DNA from: Planctomycetota bacterium
GTDB taxonomy: Bacteria; Planctomycetota; B15-G4
Length of the DNA stretch: 64,000 nucleotides
NCBI GenBank assembly: GCA_965248575.1
Contig: CBDFJQ010000002.1
Coordinates: 2,784,001 to 2,848,000, forward strand
Reading direction: 5' to 3'
Part shown: positions 1 to 9,370 of the stretch, one piece after another
Layout: the number at the start of each line of letters is the position of its first letter
Position numbering within the stretch: the first letter of the stretch is position 1
Notes under the pieces: generated by a model
Database searches by the model: none
What the model was told of the DNA's origin: nothing
What the model saw: the letters and a program-made list of their open reading frames with translations, nothing else
Program-made: the position numbers and the translations under genes

Positions 1-1345
1 AGCTGCCTTGGGGGTTCATGACGTTCTGGTTCTCGTCCGGTCGGGTGATGATGGGCGTGGCCCCGTCGGCCGCCACGATCCAGATCGGGTCGTTGGCCGT
101 GCCGCTGGCGCTGGGCGAGAACTTGGACGCGATGCTCCAGGTGCCGTCGCTGATCTCCAGGCGGTCGCCCGGTTGCAGGGCGAGCACGGCGCTGCGCAGG
201 AGCGCACCGTTGTCCGTCTCCGACAGGCCCGGGTTGAAGACCATGGGGATCACATTGGTGGCCGCCTCGCCCGCCCAAGGCGGGAAGTAGGTGCTGGGCT
301 CGGAGGAGCCGGGGCCGCCGAGATCCGCCGAGGCCGTAGTCGCTGTGGCTTCGTTGGAGGGCGGGCCTTCGACACCCTGGATGGTGGCCGTGACCACGGC
401 GTAGAGACTGAGGTCCGCGCCCAAGCCGCTGGCCACGAAGGGGCTGCTGACACCGGGCACCGATTGGGCGGTGGCCACATCCACGCCTGGCTGCTGGCTC
501 CAGTACAGCGTGTAGCTGCTGGCCCCCTCCACAGGTGGCCAACTGAAGCTCACCTGGCCCTCGCCCCCCACGCCACTCAGCGTGGTCTTGATGAAATGGC
601 CCGGGTCGACTTCCTCCAAGGTGAGAATCAGGCCCACGATCTTGGCCTCCTTCTTGGCGATGGAGTTTGTGTACTTGGCGATCTTCTTGGTGGCCTTCTT
701 CTGGGCCTTGCGCGCGGCCTTCAAGGCCTTGTTGGCTGCCTTGAACGCCTGCTGCGCAATCTTGAGGGCCGCAGCCTTGGCCGCCACCTCCTGGGCGTTG
801 GTGCCCGGCATCGCGAAGGCAGCCGCCAACTGCTGCGCCGCCGCGAACACCTGGGCTTCGGCTGCCATCACATCCAGGTCGGCCTGGGCGAGATTCGCGG
901 TCCACAGATCGAGGGCATCCTCGGCCTCGACCAGTTTCCCTTCGACCTTGGCCAGCTTCTTGTCGAGCTTGGCGATCTTCTTGGCCAGCTTCTTGGCGGC
1001 CTTGTCGCCCTCCGCAGCAAGCCCTTCGCCGGTGGTGTCCATCAACAACGGCAACGGGAGCGCATCGCGACCCGCGACGAGGGACAACAACTCGAGCTCG
1101 AGACTGGAGGATCCCTCTCGCGAAGCGGCAGCCGATGCGACGTGATCGCCACGGGAGTTCCTGGCGGAGTGCCCGTCAGACGAACCCAGAGTGTGCGATG
1201 CGTCCGCCGAACTCACGCTCGCGGGAGCATCAACCGGCGAACGGGCGCTGGGCGAGACCACGACGGCCGCCATGGCCACCCAACCCAAGACCACCAGGGC
1301 CAGGCCGGTGCGCATCAGGCGCGGATTCAAAGGAGAGGTGGGCAT
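1..1345 (-). CDS. Secreted protein, 3' end beyond window: signal/TM segment, Lys/Ala-rich coiled coil, fibronectin type III-like domain, start of a probable right-handed beta-helix domain
   Basis: Not in ORF track because it has no stop in the window. Manual translation: MPTSPLNPRLMRTGLALVVLGWVAMAAVVV...AAKKLAKKIAKLDKKLAK...GEGQVSFSWPPVEGASSYTLYWS...LQPGDRLEISDGTW...GTANDPIWIVAADG. GGAGG lies upstream of the ATG at 1345. Confidence 0.75.
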   Translation of the reverse strand, partial: MPTSPLNPRLMRTGLALVVLGWVAMAAVVVSPSARSPVDAPASVSSADASHTLGSSDGHSARNSRGDHVASAAASREGSSSLELELLSLVAGRDALPLPLLMDTTGEGLAAEGDKAAKKLAKKIAKLDKKLAKVEGKLVEAEDALDLWTANLAQADLDVMAAEAQVFAAAQQLAAAFAMPGTNAQEVAAKAAALKIAQQAFKAANKALKAARKAQKKATKKIAKYTNSIAKKEAKIVGLILTLEEVDPGHFIKTTLSGVGGEGQVSFSWPPVEGASSYTLYWSQQPGVDVATAQSVPGVSSPFVASGLGADLSLYAVVTATIQGVEGPPSNEATATTASADLGGPGSSEPSTYFPPWAGEAATNVIPMVFNPGLSETDNGALLRSAVLALQPGDRLEISDGTWSIASKFSPSASGTANDPIWIVAADGATPIITRPDENQNVMNPQGS

Positions 1346-1476
1346 CACGAGCAGGATCCTCCAACAACAGGAGGGGCCGTAGAAACAGCTTCGGCCCAAG
1401 CCCGTGAAAGTCGGTTCCCACATGCCTCGACTTGAGTTTGCGGCCGTAGGCGGGTGACCAGGCTCCAAACTTTTTT

Positions 1477-1540
1477 GTGAGCGCGCTCACTTTGACTCTT
1501 GACGCGCCACCAATGCGTCGACATTATGAGCGCGCTCACT
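1477..1540 (+). promoter_or_regulatory. Sigma70-like promoter flanked by two palindromic operators (probable TetR autoregulatory sites)
   Basis: Perfect palindrome GTGAGCGCGCTCAC at 1477-1490 and TGAGCGCGCTCA at 1527-1538. TTGACG (1499-1504), 17 bp spacer, CATTAT (1522-1527) lies between them. Confidence 0.75.
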
Positions 1541-1554
1541 TAAAGGACCTGACC

Positions 1555-2190
1555 ATGCGTATCACCTCCCAAGCCAAGCTCGAGACCCGCGACCGCATCC
1601 TGGCGGCGGGACGAGACCGTTTCGGCCAACAGGGCTTTCTGGCGGCGAGCACACGAGACATTGCTAAAGACGCCGGCATCGCCGCTGGCACCCTCTTCAA
1701 CTACTTCCCGAACAAGGAGTCGCTGGCCATGACCCTGCTGGGGTCGGCCCTCGACGAGGCCCGGGACGTCTGGCTCGCGCGCCGCGGCCCCAAGGACAGC
1801 CTGGAAGAGGACCTCTTCGCCCACGTGGCCACGGGCCTGCGCGCCCTGGCCCCCTACCGCAGCTGGGTGGGCGAGGTGCTCGAGACGGCCATGAGCCCCT
1901 TCGCTCGCAGCATCGTCAGCCACGAAGGGGATGCCGTGCGCGCCACGCACCTCGAAAGCGTGAGCGACATCCTGCGCGAACACGCCCTGCGCGCGGCCGA
2001 CTTCGAGCCGGCGCCGCCCAGCTTCGTGAGCATCCACCTCTACTGGACGCTCTACCTCGGCGTGCTCGCCTACTGGTCCGGCGACGAGTCCGAGAAGCAG
2101 GGCGATTCGCTCGTGGTGCTCGACCAATCCCTGCAACTTTTCGCCAATTCCCTCACAATCGACCCGTCCTCCACCGAAGCCCGGGACTAA
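1555..2190 (+). CDS. TetR/AcrR family transcriptional regulator
   Basis: N-terminal HTH (TRDRILAAG..FGQQGF..STRDIAKDAGIAAGTLFNYFPNKE). AAGGA RBS before the ATG at 1555. Confidence 0.93.
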   Translation: MRITSQAKLETRDRILAAGRDRFGQQGFLAASTRDIAKDAGIAAGTLFNYFPNKESLAMTLLGSALDEARDVWLARRGPKDSLEEDLFAHVATGLRALAPYRSWVGEVLETAMSPFARSIVSHEGDAVRATHLESVSDILREHALRAADFEPAPPSFVSIHLYWTLYLGVLAYWSGDESEKQGDSLVVLDQSLQLFANSLTIDPSSTEARD

Positions 2191-2206
2191 CGCTCGGGAC
2201 GAAACC

Positions 2207-3631
2207 ATGGACAGCCAATCAGCCAAAGTTCAGGCGGCCTTGGCCGCACTTCCCGCCGACCTCGACGAAGACGCGCCCGCCGGCCCGGATCTCGCCTCGC
2301 TGCTCACGCGCCTCTCCCATCGGCCGTTGCCCGTGGGCCGTTGGCATCGCATTTGGATCCTCGGTTCGCTGCAGGCTCGGGTTGCCGCCGGCTACATGGC
2401 CCACTGGCTCCGCAGCGGCTGGGCCGACGCCGACGCCAAGCAAGCGTCCCTCAACGAGGCACGGCTCTCTGCTGCCCTGAAGCTGATCGGCGGCATGAGC
2501 TACATGCGCGGGGCCGTCATGAAATTCGGCCAGACCATGGCCACCTGGCCGGACGTCGTGCCAGAGGAAGTGGCGGAGCTGCTCAGCGTGCTGCACTTCC
2601 AGGCCCCGCCCATGCACTTCTCCATGCTGCGCGAGATGGTGCACGACGAACTGGGTGCCGACCCCTCGGAGCTCTTCGCAGAGTTCGACACCGAGGCCTT
2701 CGCCGCCGCCTCCATCGGCCAGGTGCACCGCGCCCGGCTACACAGCGGTGAGGAGGTCGCGGTGAAGATCCAGTACCCCGGCATCGCCCAGTCGATTCGT
2801 TCGGACCTGGAGAACTTCCAGCTGCTCATGGCCCCCATGCGCCTCGGCAAGAACTGGGCGAACCTCATGGAGCAGACCGAGGACATTCGCAAGAAACTCG
2901 ACCAGGAGATGGACTACCGCCAGGAGGCCGCCCTGCACAAGGAGGCCGCGCAGTACTTCGAACAGGAAGAACACATCGTGGTGCCACGGGTCCACGAAGA
3001 GTTCAGCTCGGGCCGCGTGCTGGTGACGGACTACCTGCCGGGCGTGCACATGGATGAGTGGTTGGAGCAGAACCCCAGCGAAGCCCAACGCTCCGCGGCC
3101 GGCGAGGCCATCCTCACCACATCGTTCCGGCTCTGGTTCTCGGGCAACCTCATCTACGCTGACCCGCACCCCGGCAACTTCATCTTCATGCCCGACGGCC
3201 GGCTGGGGGTGATCGACTTCGGCGGCCTGCACCGCTTGAACGAGGAAGAGCAGGCCTACTGCGAGCTGGCCGAGCAGTGCATGCACGGTGGAAAGGACGT
3301 CATGGATCGCCTGATCGCCCTGAGCACCAACGTGCAGCACGCCTCCGATCTCACGGAGGAGCACCAGCAATTCATCCGTGACCTCTCCGACTGGATCTGG
3401 GAACCCATCCTGCACGAGGGCCCCTACGACTTCGGCGCGACGGATTACTGCAAGCGGGGCGCGGACCTGATGGCCGAGATCTTCCGCAAGCGGTACACCC
3501 GCAGCCGGACAGTGAACACCTGGATCAACCGCAGCTTCTATGGCGATCGGGCCCTCATGCACCGGCTCTCGGCGAAGGTGGATATGGGGGCCATCCAGAG
3601 CCGGGAGGCAGACGCCTCGCGGGCGGGCTGA
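2207..3631 (+). CDS. ABC1/UbiB/AarF (COQ8-like) atypical kinase
   Basis: KxGQ (MKFGQ), AAASIGQVH, VAVKIQYPG, DPHPGN and IDFG motifs. Confidence 0.92.
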   Translation: MDSQSAKVQAALAALPADLDEDAPAGPDLASLLTRLSHRPLPVGRWHRIWILGSLQARVAAGYMAHWLRSGWADADAKQASLNEARLSAALKLIGGMSYMRGAVMKFGQTMATWPDVVPEEVAELLSVLHFQAPPMHFSMLREMVHDELGADPSELFAEFDTEAFAAASIGQVHRARLHSGEEVAVKIQYPGIAQSIRSDLENFQLLMAPMRLGKNWANLMEQTEDIRKKLDQEMDYRQEAALHKEAAQYFEQEEHIVVPRVHEEFSSGRVLVTDYLPGVHMDEWLEQNPSEAQRSAAGEAILTTSFRLWFSGNLIYADPHPGNFIFMPDGRLGVIDFGGLHRLNEEEQAYCELAEQCMHGGKDVMDRLIALSTNVQHASDLTEEHQQFIRDLSDWIWEPILHEGPYDFGATDYCKRGADLMAEIFRKRYTRSRTVNTWINRSFYGDRALMHRLSAKVDMGAIQSREADASRAG

Positions 3632-3771
3632 ACCCCACCTCTGATTCCCACACCACGCGTACGGACTTGGTAGTGTGAGCAGCCCGTCACGCGCGGGTCG
3701 TGGGAGGCCGGCAGCCCCCGCGGCCGACTCCGCCAAGACGGCTCTCACGTCGTCTTTCGGAAGCCCGCCGC

Positions 3772-6447
3772 GTGCCGCAGCAGCAGACCCAATCCGACTC
3801 CCTGCCCCTGCAGGCGGCCTTCGCCACGGCCGCCGCCGTTGGGCTGCAGGTGCTGTTGCCGCGGGTGTTCAGCGTGCTGCTCTGGTACCACCTGGGCTTC
3901 CTCGCCGTGAGCCTCGCCATGCTGGGCTTCGCGGCGGGCGGGCGCATCGTGAGCCGCCGGGTCAGGCGCACGGGCAAGGCTGGCGGTGGCCTCAATCGCA
4001 GCCTGTTGGGCGCCCTCGCGGGTCTCACTGCCCCCGCCGCCTTCGTCGGCATCTTGCGCTTGCCGCTGCAGACCAGCGAGCTGATGGACAGCCCCGAATC
4101 GGGCATGGCTCTCCTGGCCCTGCTGGGAATGATCGCCGCGCTCTCCGTGCCCTTCCTTTTCTTGGGCACCCTCGTCTGCTCGGCCCTCGACGAGGGGCGT
4201 GAGCGCATCGGCCAGGTCTATGGCGCCACGTTCCTGGGCGGCGCGGCCGGCGCCCTGCTCACCCTCACGGCCATGGACTACGGCGGCACACCCTTCGCCC
4301 TGGCCCTGGTGGCGGTGCTGCCCCAGCTGCCGCGCCTGCGCTACGTCGGGCTACCCGCCCTCGCGGTGGCGGCAGCCCTGCTCGCCGAGCCGGACGAGCT
4401 GCTGCCCTTCACCAGCCGCAAGCACTTCCCCGTGCTCAGCCCGGAGCAGGTGCTCGACGAGCGGGACACCGCCACGAGCCACGTGGTCTTCTACGACAAC
4501 GACCAGCACCACGGTATCTACGCCAACAACTCCAAGTGGCAAGGCCCGCCCCCGCCGCGCAGCATCGCAGCTGCCATCGACGCCTGGGCCATCACCTTCA
4601 TCACCGAGCGCGAGGGGCCCGACGATTTCCCGCCCTACCTGGACGCGCACCCGGCGGGTCTCGCCTACGAAGGGGCCGAGCCGGGCTTCGACGCCCTGGT
4701 GATCGGCGCCGGCGGTGGCTGGGATGTGTTGCAGGCCCTCAATGCTGGCGCCGAACACGTCACCGCCGTGGAGATCAACGGCAGCATTGTCGACGCCGTG
4801 CAGAACCGTTGGGCCGACTTCTCGGGCAGGCTCTACGAAGACCCTCGGGTGGAGGTTCATGTCGCCGAGGGTCGCCATTTCGTGGACAACGACGAGCGCC
4901 TCTACGACCGCATCGTCCTGGCTGGCGTGGACACCTTCGCGGCAACCCAAGCCGGCGCCTTCGCACTCTCCGAGAACTATCTCTACACCGTCGAGGCGCT
5001 GCGTACCTATCTTGCGCGGCTGAAACCCGGCGGGCGCCTGTTCATGACGCGCTGGTGGTTCGACCCGCCGCGCCAGACCTTGCGCCTGGCCCTCACCGCC
5101 GCCCAGGCCCTGCGCGAGGAAGGCATCGAGGACCCGCGCCGCCGGATGTTCATCACCCGCGACGGCAATGCCCAGGCAGGCAACGCACTCTTCTTCATGA
5201 AGGCTGGCGACGACTTCACGGGCCAAGAGCTGAACAGTCTCGCCGTCGCCGCCGAAGCCCGCGGCCTCGAACAGCTCTACGCCTGGGCGAGCCCCTGGGA
5301 CCCCGTCCCGCGCCCTAGCCAACCCACGCTGGTGGCGGCCCTGGACGCATCGGACCCCGATCGCTGGATCCGCAACTACCCCTATCGCGTGGACCCCACC
5401 ACCGACGACCGCCCCTTCTTCTTCGAGAACGGCAGACTGCAGACGCTGTTCCGCTCGGAGGGCAACTGGATCCACGACCGCCTCGGCGGGCAGGAAGTGC
5501 TGGTGGCGACCCTGCTCGCACTGCTGCTGCTGGCCTGGCCGTTGTTGCTGGCTGGTCGAGGCGTCCGGGCTCAAGCAGCTGGCGCGCCCGACGCCGAAGC
5601 CGACAGGTCGACGAGCCGTGCGCAGCTCGTGCCATTCCTCTTCCTGGGCGTCGGCTTCCTGTTCGTTGAGATCCCGCTCATGCAGCGGCTCTCGCTCGTG
5701 CTGGGTAATCCGGTCTATGCCGTCACCGTGGTGCTCGTCTCGCTGCTGACCTGGTCGGGCATCGGGTCGTTGCTGGCGAGCCGCCTCCCCACGCGCGCTG
5801 CCCCCTTCATGATGGTGGGCACTGCGATCACGGTGGCCGCCGTCTTGGTCGGAGGCCACGACCCGCTGGTGGAGACCCTCAGCCATTGGAGCCTCCCCTC
5901 GCGCGTCGCAAGCATCGCTATCTTCCTGGCGTTGCCGGGGCTCGCCATGGGGGCCGGCTTCCCCCTCGCCGTGCGCGCCCTCGGGCACCAACGCCCGCTA
6001 CTCGTCGCCAGCGCCTTCACCTGGAACGGCTTCGCCTCCGTGATGGCCGGCCCGCTCGCCGTTCTTGCCGCCCTGCATGTGGGCTTCCGGGTGACCTTGT
6101 TGTTCGGCGCATTCTGCTACGTGCTCGCGGCCCTGACACTCCTGGTGGCTCGTCCCAACGATGACGATGAGGAGGAGGCCACCGGTGACCGCCTGCTCAA
6201 GCAACAGGCGGATGAAGCGATGGACGACCGCCTGTGGGGCATCGATCGCAGCCCGACCCCGCGCGAGAAAGAGGACGACCCGAACGCCTTGTGGGTTGAC
6301 CCCTTTGCCTTGGATGAGAGCGACGGGGAGGACGCTGAGGTCGGCAAGGGCGCGGACGGCGATGCCGCCCCTGGAACCGACAAGCCGCGCCGGTCGAGCA
6401 AGCGGGCCGATGAACCTGCGACCGACGAGGGAGGTCGAGCACCGTGA
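3772..6447 (+). CDS. Integral membrane protein with a central spermidine-synthase-like class I SAM-dependent transferase domain
   Basis: Multi-TM N- and C-terminal parts; LVIGAGGGWD, TAVEIN, EGRHFV and ENYLYTVEA motifs. Start uncertain (3700 or GTG 3772). Confidence 0.8.
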   Translation: MPQQQTQSDSLPLQAAFATAAAVGLQVLLPRVFSVLLWYHLGFLAVSLAMLGFAAGGRIVSRRVRRTGKAGGGLNRSLLGALAGLTAPAAFVGILRLPLQTSELMDSPESGMALLALLGMIAALSVPFLFLGTLVCSALDEGRERIGQVYGATFLGGAAGALLTLTAMDYGGTPFALALVAVLPQLPRLRYVGLPALAVAAALLAEPDELLPFTSRKHFPVLSPEQVLDERDTATSHVVFYDNDQHHGIYANNSKWQGPPPPRSIAAAIDAWAITFITEREGPDDFPPYLDAHPAGLAYEGAEPGFDALVIGAGGGWDVLQALNAGAEHVTAVEINGSIVDAVQNRWADFSGRLYEDPRVEVHVAEGRHFVDNDERLYDRIVLAGVDTFAATQAGAFALSENYLYTVEALRTYLARLKPGGRLFMTRWWFDPPRQTLRLALTAAQALREEGIEDPRRRMFITRDGNAQAGNALFFMKAGDDFTGQELNSLAVAAEARGLEQLYAWASPWDPVPRPSQPTLVAALDASDPDRWIRNYPYRVDPTTDDRPFFFENGRLQTLFRSEGNWIHDRLGGQEVLVATLLALLLLAWPLLLAGRGVRAQAAGAPDAEADRSTSRAQLVPFLFLGVGFLFVEIPLMQRLSLVLGNPVYAVTVVLVSLLTWSGIGSLLASRLPTRAAPFMMVGTAITVAAVLVGGHDPLVETLSHWSLPSRVASIAIFLALPGLAMGAGFPLAVRALGHQRPLLVASAFTWNGFASVMAGPLAVLAALHVGFRVTLLFGAFCYVLAALTLLVARPNDDDEEEATGDRLLKQQADEAMDDRLWGIDRSPTPREKEDDPNALWVDPFALDESDGEDAEVGKGADGDAAPGTDKPRRSSKRADEPATDEGGRAP

Positions 6448-7850
6448 ACCCCGCGTCGAACGCTCATGCAGGGCCCGCGCGCTGGATGCTGGTGATGCTG
6501 CTTGCGGTGTGGGGCTGCGGTCCCACGGCGCCCGACAGCGCCGTGGCTGAAGGCACTGGCTCCTCACCCACCACCCGCCTCGTCCTCATCTCGCTCGACA
6601 CCCTGCGCGCCGACCGCTTCGACGCTCAACGCATGCCCTCGCTCACGGCCGCCGCCGAGCAGGGGCTCGTGTTCACCAACTTCCACGCCAGCACCTCGGT
6701 CACCCTCCCCACCCATGTCTCCATGCTCTCGGGCCTGCACCCCTGGGAGCACGGCGTGCTGCGCAACGGCGTCATCGTGCGCGACGAGGTCACGCTCTTG
6801 GCAGAGCGTCTTCAGGAGCGAGGCTTCGCCACTGCGGCCGTGGTGGCGTCCTTCCCGCTGGAGCGACGCTTCCGGGTGGACCAGGGCTTCGACGTCTACG
6901 TCGACGACTTCGAGCAGCAGAGCAGCAAGACGTCCTGGAACCAGCAGAACATCCCGGGGTCCTTGTTCAGCTCCTCTGCCGACAAGGTGGCGGCCCACGC
7001 CACGCGCCTGCTGGACGAGACGGTTGGCGCCCAGCAGTTCTTCTTCTTCCACTTCTTCGACCCTCACGCGCCCTACGGCGACTCCCGCACCAGCGCCAGC
7101 GCGCCGCCGCTCGAACTGAGTGAGGTGCTGAAGAAGGCGCGCAACCAATCACCGGGGCTCGCCAAGTCCATCGACCGGGCCGAGAAGTTGTACGACGCCG
7201 ACGTGCGCTTTCTGGACGGCGTCCTGGGCGGGTTGCTGGCACGCTTGGCGCGGGACGCCGAGCAGATCGAGACTCACATCCTGATCACCGCGGACCACGG
7301 CGAGAGCTTTGGCGAGGACGGCAGCCTGGGACACGGCAAGCGCGTCTCCCCAGCCCAGATTCGCGTGCCTTTCGTGCTCTTGTCGCCCCGCGTGGAGGCG
7401 GGCGTGCGCAGCGAGGTCGCCAGTTCGGTGGACGTCGCCACCACGCTCATGGCCATGGCGGACATCGCACCTGACCCGTCCCTCGCGGGTCGCAACCTGC
7501 TCGACCCTGCGCCCAGTGCAGCCCGGGCGCTCGGCATGCGCAGCCTCTTCGATGAGGTGCAGCAGGATGTTCGCATGGACGGCAGCGCCTTGCCGGTGAC
7601 CGAGCTGCGCTTCTTCCTGGCGCGGGCGGACAAGCACGTGACGGGTTCCTCGAGCGTCGGCACAACCCACGAGGGTGTGGCCCCCGAGCTGGACATGGAG
7701 GGTGGCACCCTGAACGCGAGCGAACGCGCGGGCATCCAACGCTTGTTCGACGGCCTCGCGAAGGAAGTGCACGCGCGCATGGCGGAGATGGTGCAGTCGG
7801 CCGACCCTGAGACCCGGGCGGCCCTGGAAGCCCTGGGCTACACGCGCTGA
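6444..7850 (+). CDS. Sulfatase-like hydrolase/transferase (alkaline phosphatase superfamily), possible lipoprotein
   Basis: LISLDTLRAD, TLPTHVSMLSG, DPHAPY, TADHGE and C-terminal LEALGY motifs; AVWGC lipobox-like segment; GTGA overlap with the upstream gene. Confidence 0.85.
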   Translation: MNPASNAHAGPARWMLVMLLAVWGCGPTAPDSAVAEGTGSSPTTRLVLISLDTLRADRFDAQRMPSLTAAAEQGLVFTNFHASTSVTLPTHVSMLSGLHPWEHGVLRNGVIVRDEVTLLAERLQERGFATAAVVASFPLERRFRVDQGFDVYVDDFEQQSSKTSWNQQNIPGSLFSSSADKVAAHATRLLDETVGAQQFFFFHFFDPHAPYGDSRTSASAPPLELSEVLKKARNQSPGLAKSIDRAEKLYDADVRFLDGVLGGLLARLARDAEQIETHILITADHGESFGEDGSLGHGKRVSPAQIRVPFVLLSPRVEAGVRSEVASSVDVATTLMAMADIAPDPSLAGRNLLDPAPSAARALGMRSLFDEVQQDVRMDGSALPVTELRFFLARADKHVTGSSSVGTTHEGVAPELDMEGGTLNASERAGIQRLFDGLAKEVHARMAEMVQSADPETRAALEALGYTR

Positions 7851-7857
7851 TTGAGTC

Positions 7858-9162
7858 TCAGGCGTGAGTGCGCTGTGTGCCCACGATGCCGTGCAGGATG
7901 TCGTTCATGGTTTCGGCAGCCACCTCCCACGAACACTTCTCGATGATGGTGCGTCGGGCCGCCTCGCCCATGGACTTGCGCAGGGGCTCGTCGTCCAAGA
8001 GGGCGAGCACCTTGTCGGCGAACACCTGGGGCTCGTCGGCGATCTCGATGTTGACGCCCGGCTCCACGGGCAGGCCGCCGCAGCTCAAGGTGGTGGCCAC
8101 GACCGGCAACTCCAGGGCCCATGCCTGGAGGATCTTGTTCTTGATGCCTGCCCCGCGTTTGAGAGGGCAGACGAAGACCGAGGACTTCTCGACCCAGGGC
8201 TTCACATCGTCCACGAAACCCGTGACGGTCACGCGCTCGGAGGCCAGCGCCTTCACTTCGGCCACTGGGTTCTTGCCGACGATGAAGAGCTTCACTTCGG
8301 GGCGCTTGGCATGGATGAGCGGCAAGGTCTCGCGCACGAAGTCGCAGATGCCTTCGCGGTTGGGCAGGAAATCCATGGCGCCCTCGAACACGAGGCTCGG
8401 GAAGTCTGCCTGCACGCCCTGGGGCGCAAAGACGTCGTAGTCCACGCCGTTGGGCACGACCCGCACGTCGACCTGGGGGCAGTTCTCGGCCAGGGTTTCC
8501 TGATCCATCTGCGAGACAACGGTGCAGACACCGCTGTGGGCCAGGTACTTGCGCTGGAAACGCCAGGTCTTGGTGAGCGTGCGCCAGGCCCTGACCCAGG
8601 CCAGCGGCGAGCGCGCCGTGCGCATGTCGTGCTGGGCTTCCTTCGCTGCTTCGTCCGCGATGTCTCCCAAGGTCGGGAGCCCCAGGAGGTGGCTGTACAC
8701 CAGCATCTTCGCGCCGGCGGTCCACACGAAGTCGATGCCGATGGTACGCACCACCTCCTCCACCACGGTGTGCACCTCCGGGTCGAAGTCGAAGACCTCG
8801 TCCGGGGAGAGTGCGCGCAGCAAGCGCGCCAACCCCTTCGGTTTGACCGGCGTGCGCGTCGGCACCACCCGGATGCTCGTGAAGAGGTTTGCGAGCTCGT
8901 CCGGCAAGTCCGCCTCGGACACAGCTCCCTTGGCCAGGCCCGCCTCTGAACTCGACCCCGGACCTGTTGCAGGACCGAGGGACACCAGGTGAAACTCGTG
9001 ATCCCCGCAGAGCCGCTTCACGTAGTTGTAGTTGTGGAGGTTGTAGCCGTCGTGCAGCGGGTACGGCAGCTTGTGCGTGATCAGGAGGATCTTCACGACG
9101 GCCTCAGTGCCGAAGCCTGCTCGGCGAAGATTCGACGGGGCGAGGGTGCTGTGAATGCCCAT
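7858..9162 (-). CDS. Glycosyltransferase family 4 (GT-B)
   Basis: VPNGVD, FEGAMDFLPN, GAGIKNKILQAWA and LPVVAT motifs. True start may be near 9095-9100. Confidence 0.88.
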   Translation of the reverse strand: MGIHSTLAPSNLRRAGFGTEAVVKILLITHKLPYPLHDGYNLHNYNYVKRLCGDHEFHLVSLGPATGPGSSSEAGLAKGAVSEADLPDELANLFTSIRVVPTRTPVKPKGLARLLRALSPDEVFDFDPEVHTVVEEVVRTIGIDFVWTAGAKMLVYSHLLGLPTLGDIADEAAKEAQHDMRTARSPLAWVRAWRTLTKTWRFQRKYLAHSGVCTVVSQMDQETLAENCPQVDVRVVPNGVDYDVFAPQGVQADFPSLVFEGAMDFLPNREGICDFVRETLPLIHAKRPEVKLFIVGKNPVAEVKALASERVTVTGFVDDVKPWVEKSSVFVCPLKRGAGIKNKILQAWALELPVVATTLSCGGLPVEPGVNIEIADEPQVFADKVLALLDDEPLRKSMGEAARRTIIEKCSWEVAAETMNDILHGIVGTQRTHA

Positions 9163-9370
9163 TCACAGCCGACTGGAGGGGAGAGTGGGGGAGTCTACCG
9201 GACCCCATCGACACTCGGAACGGCGGGCTGAATAAGGATTGCCCCTGCACCTCCCGGGCCGCTGCAAACGCTATCGTTACAGCAGGACGCGATTCTCGCC
9301 GATGGAGACCAATCTCCCTCGTGCAACGCAGTTCCCACCGCTTCCGCCGACCCGCGCAGACCCGCTCCTC

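Noticed and set aside
8..1435. 475-aa plus-strand ORF
   Set aside because: Antisense shadow of the real minus-strand gene; no motifs; typical of high-GC DNA.
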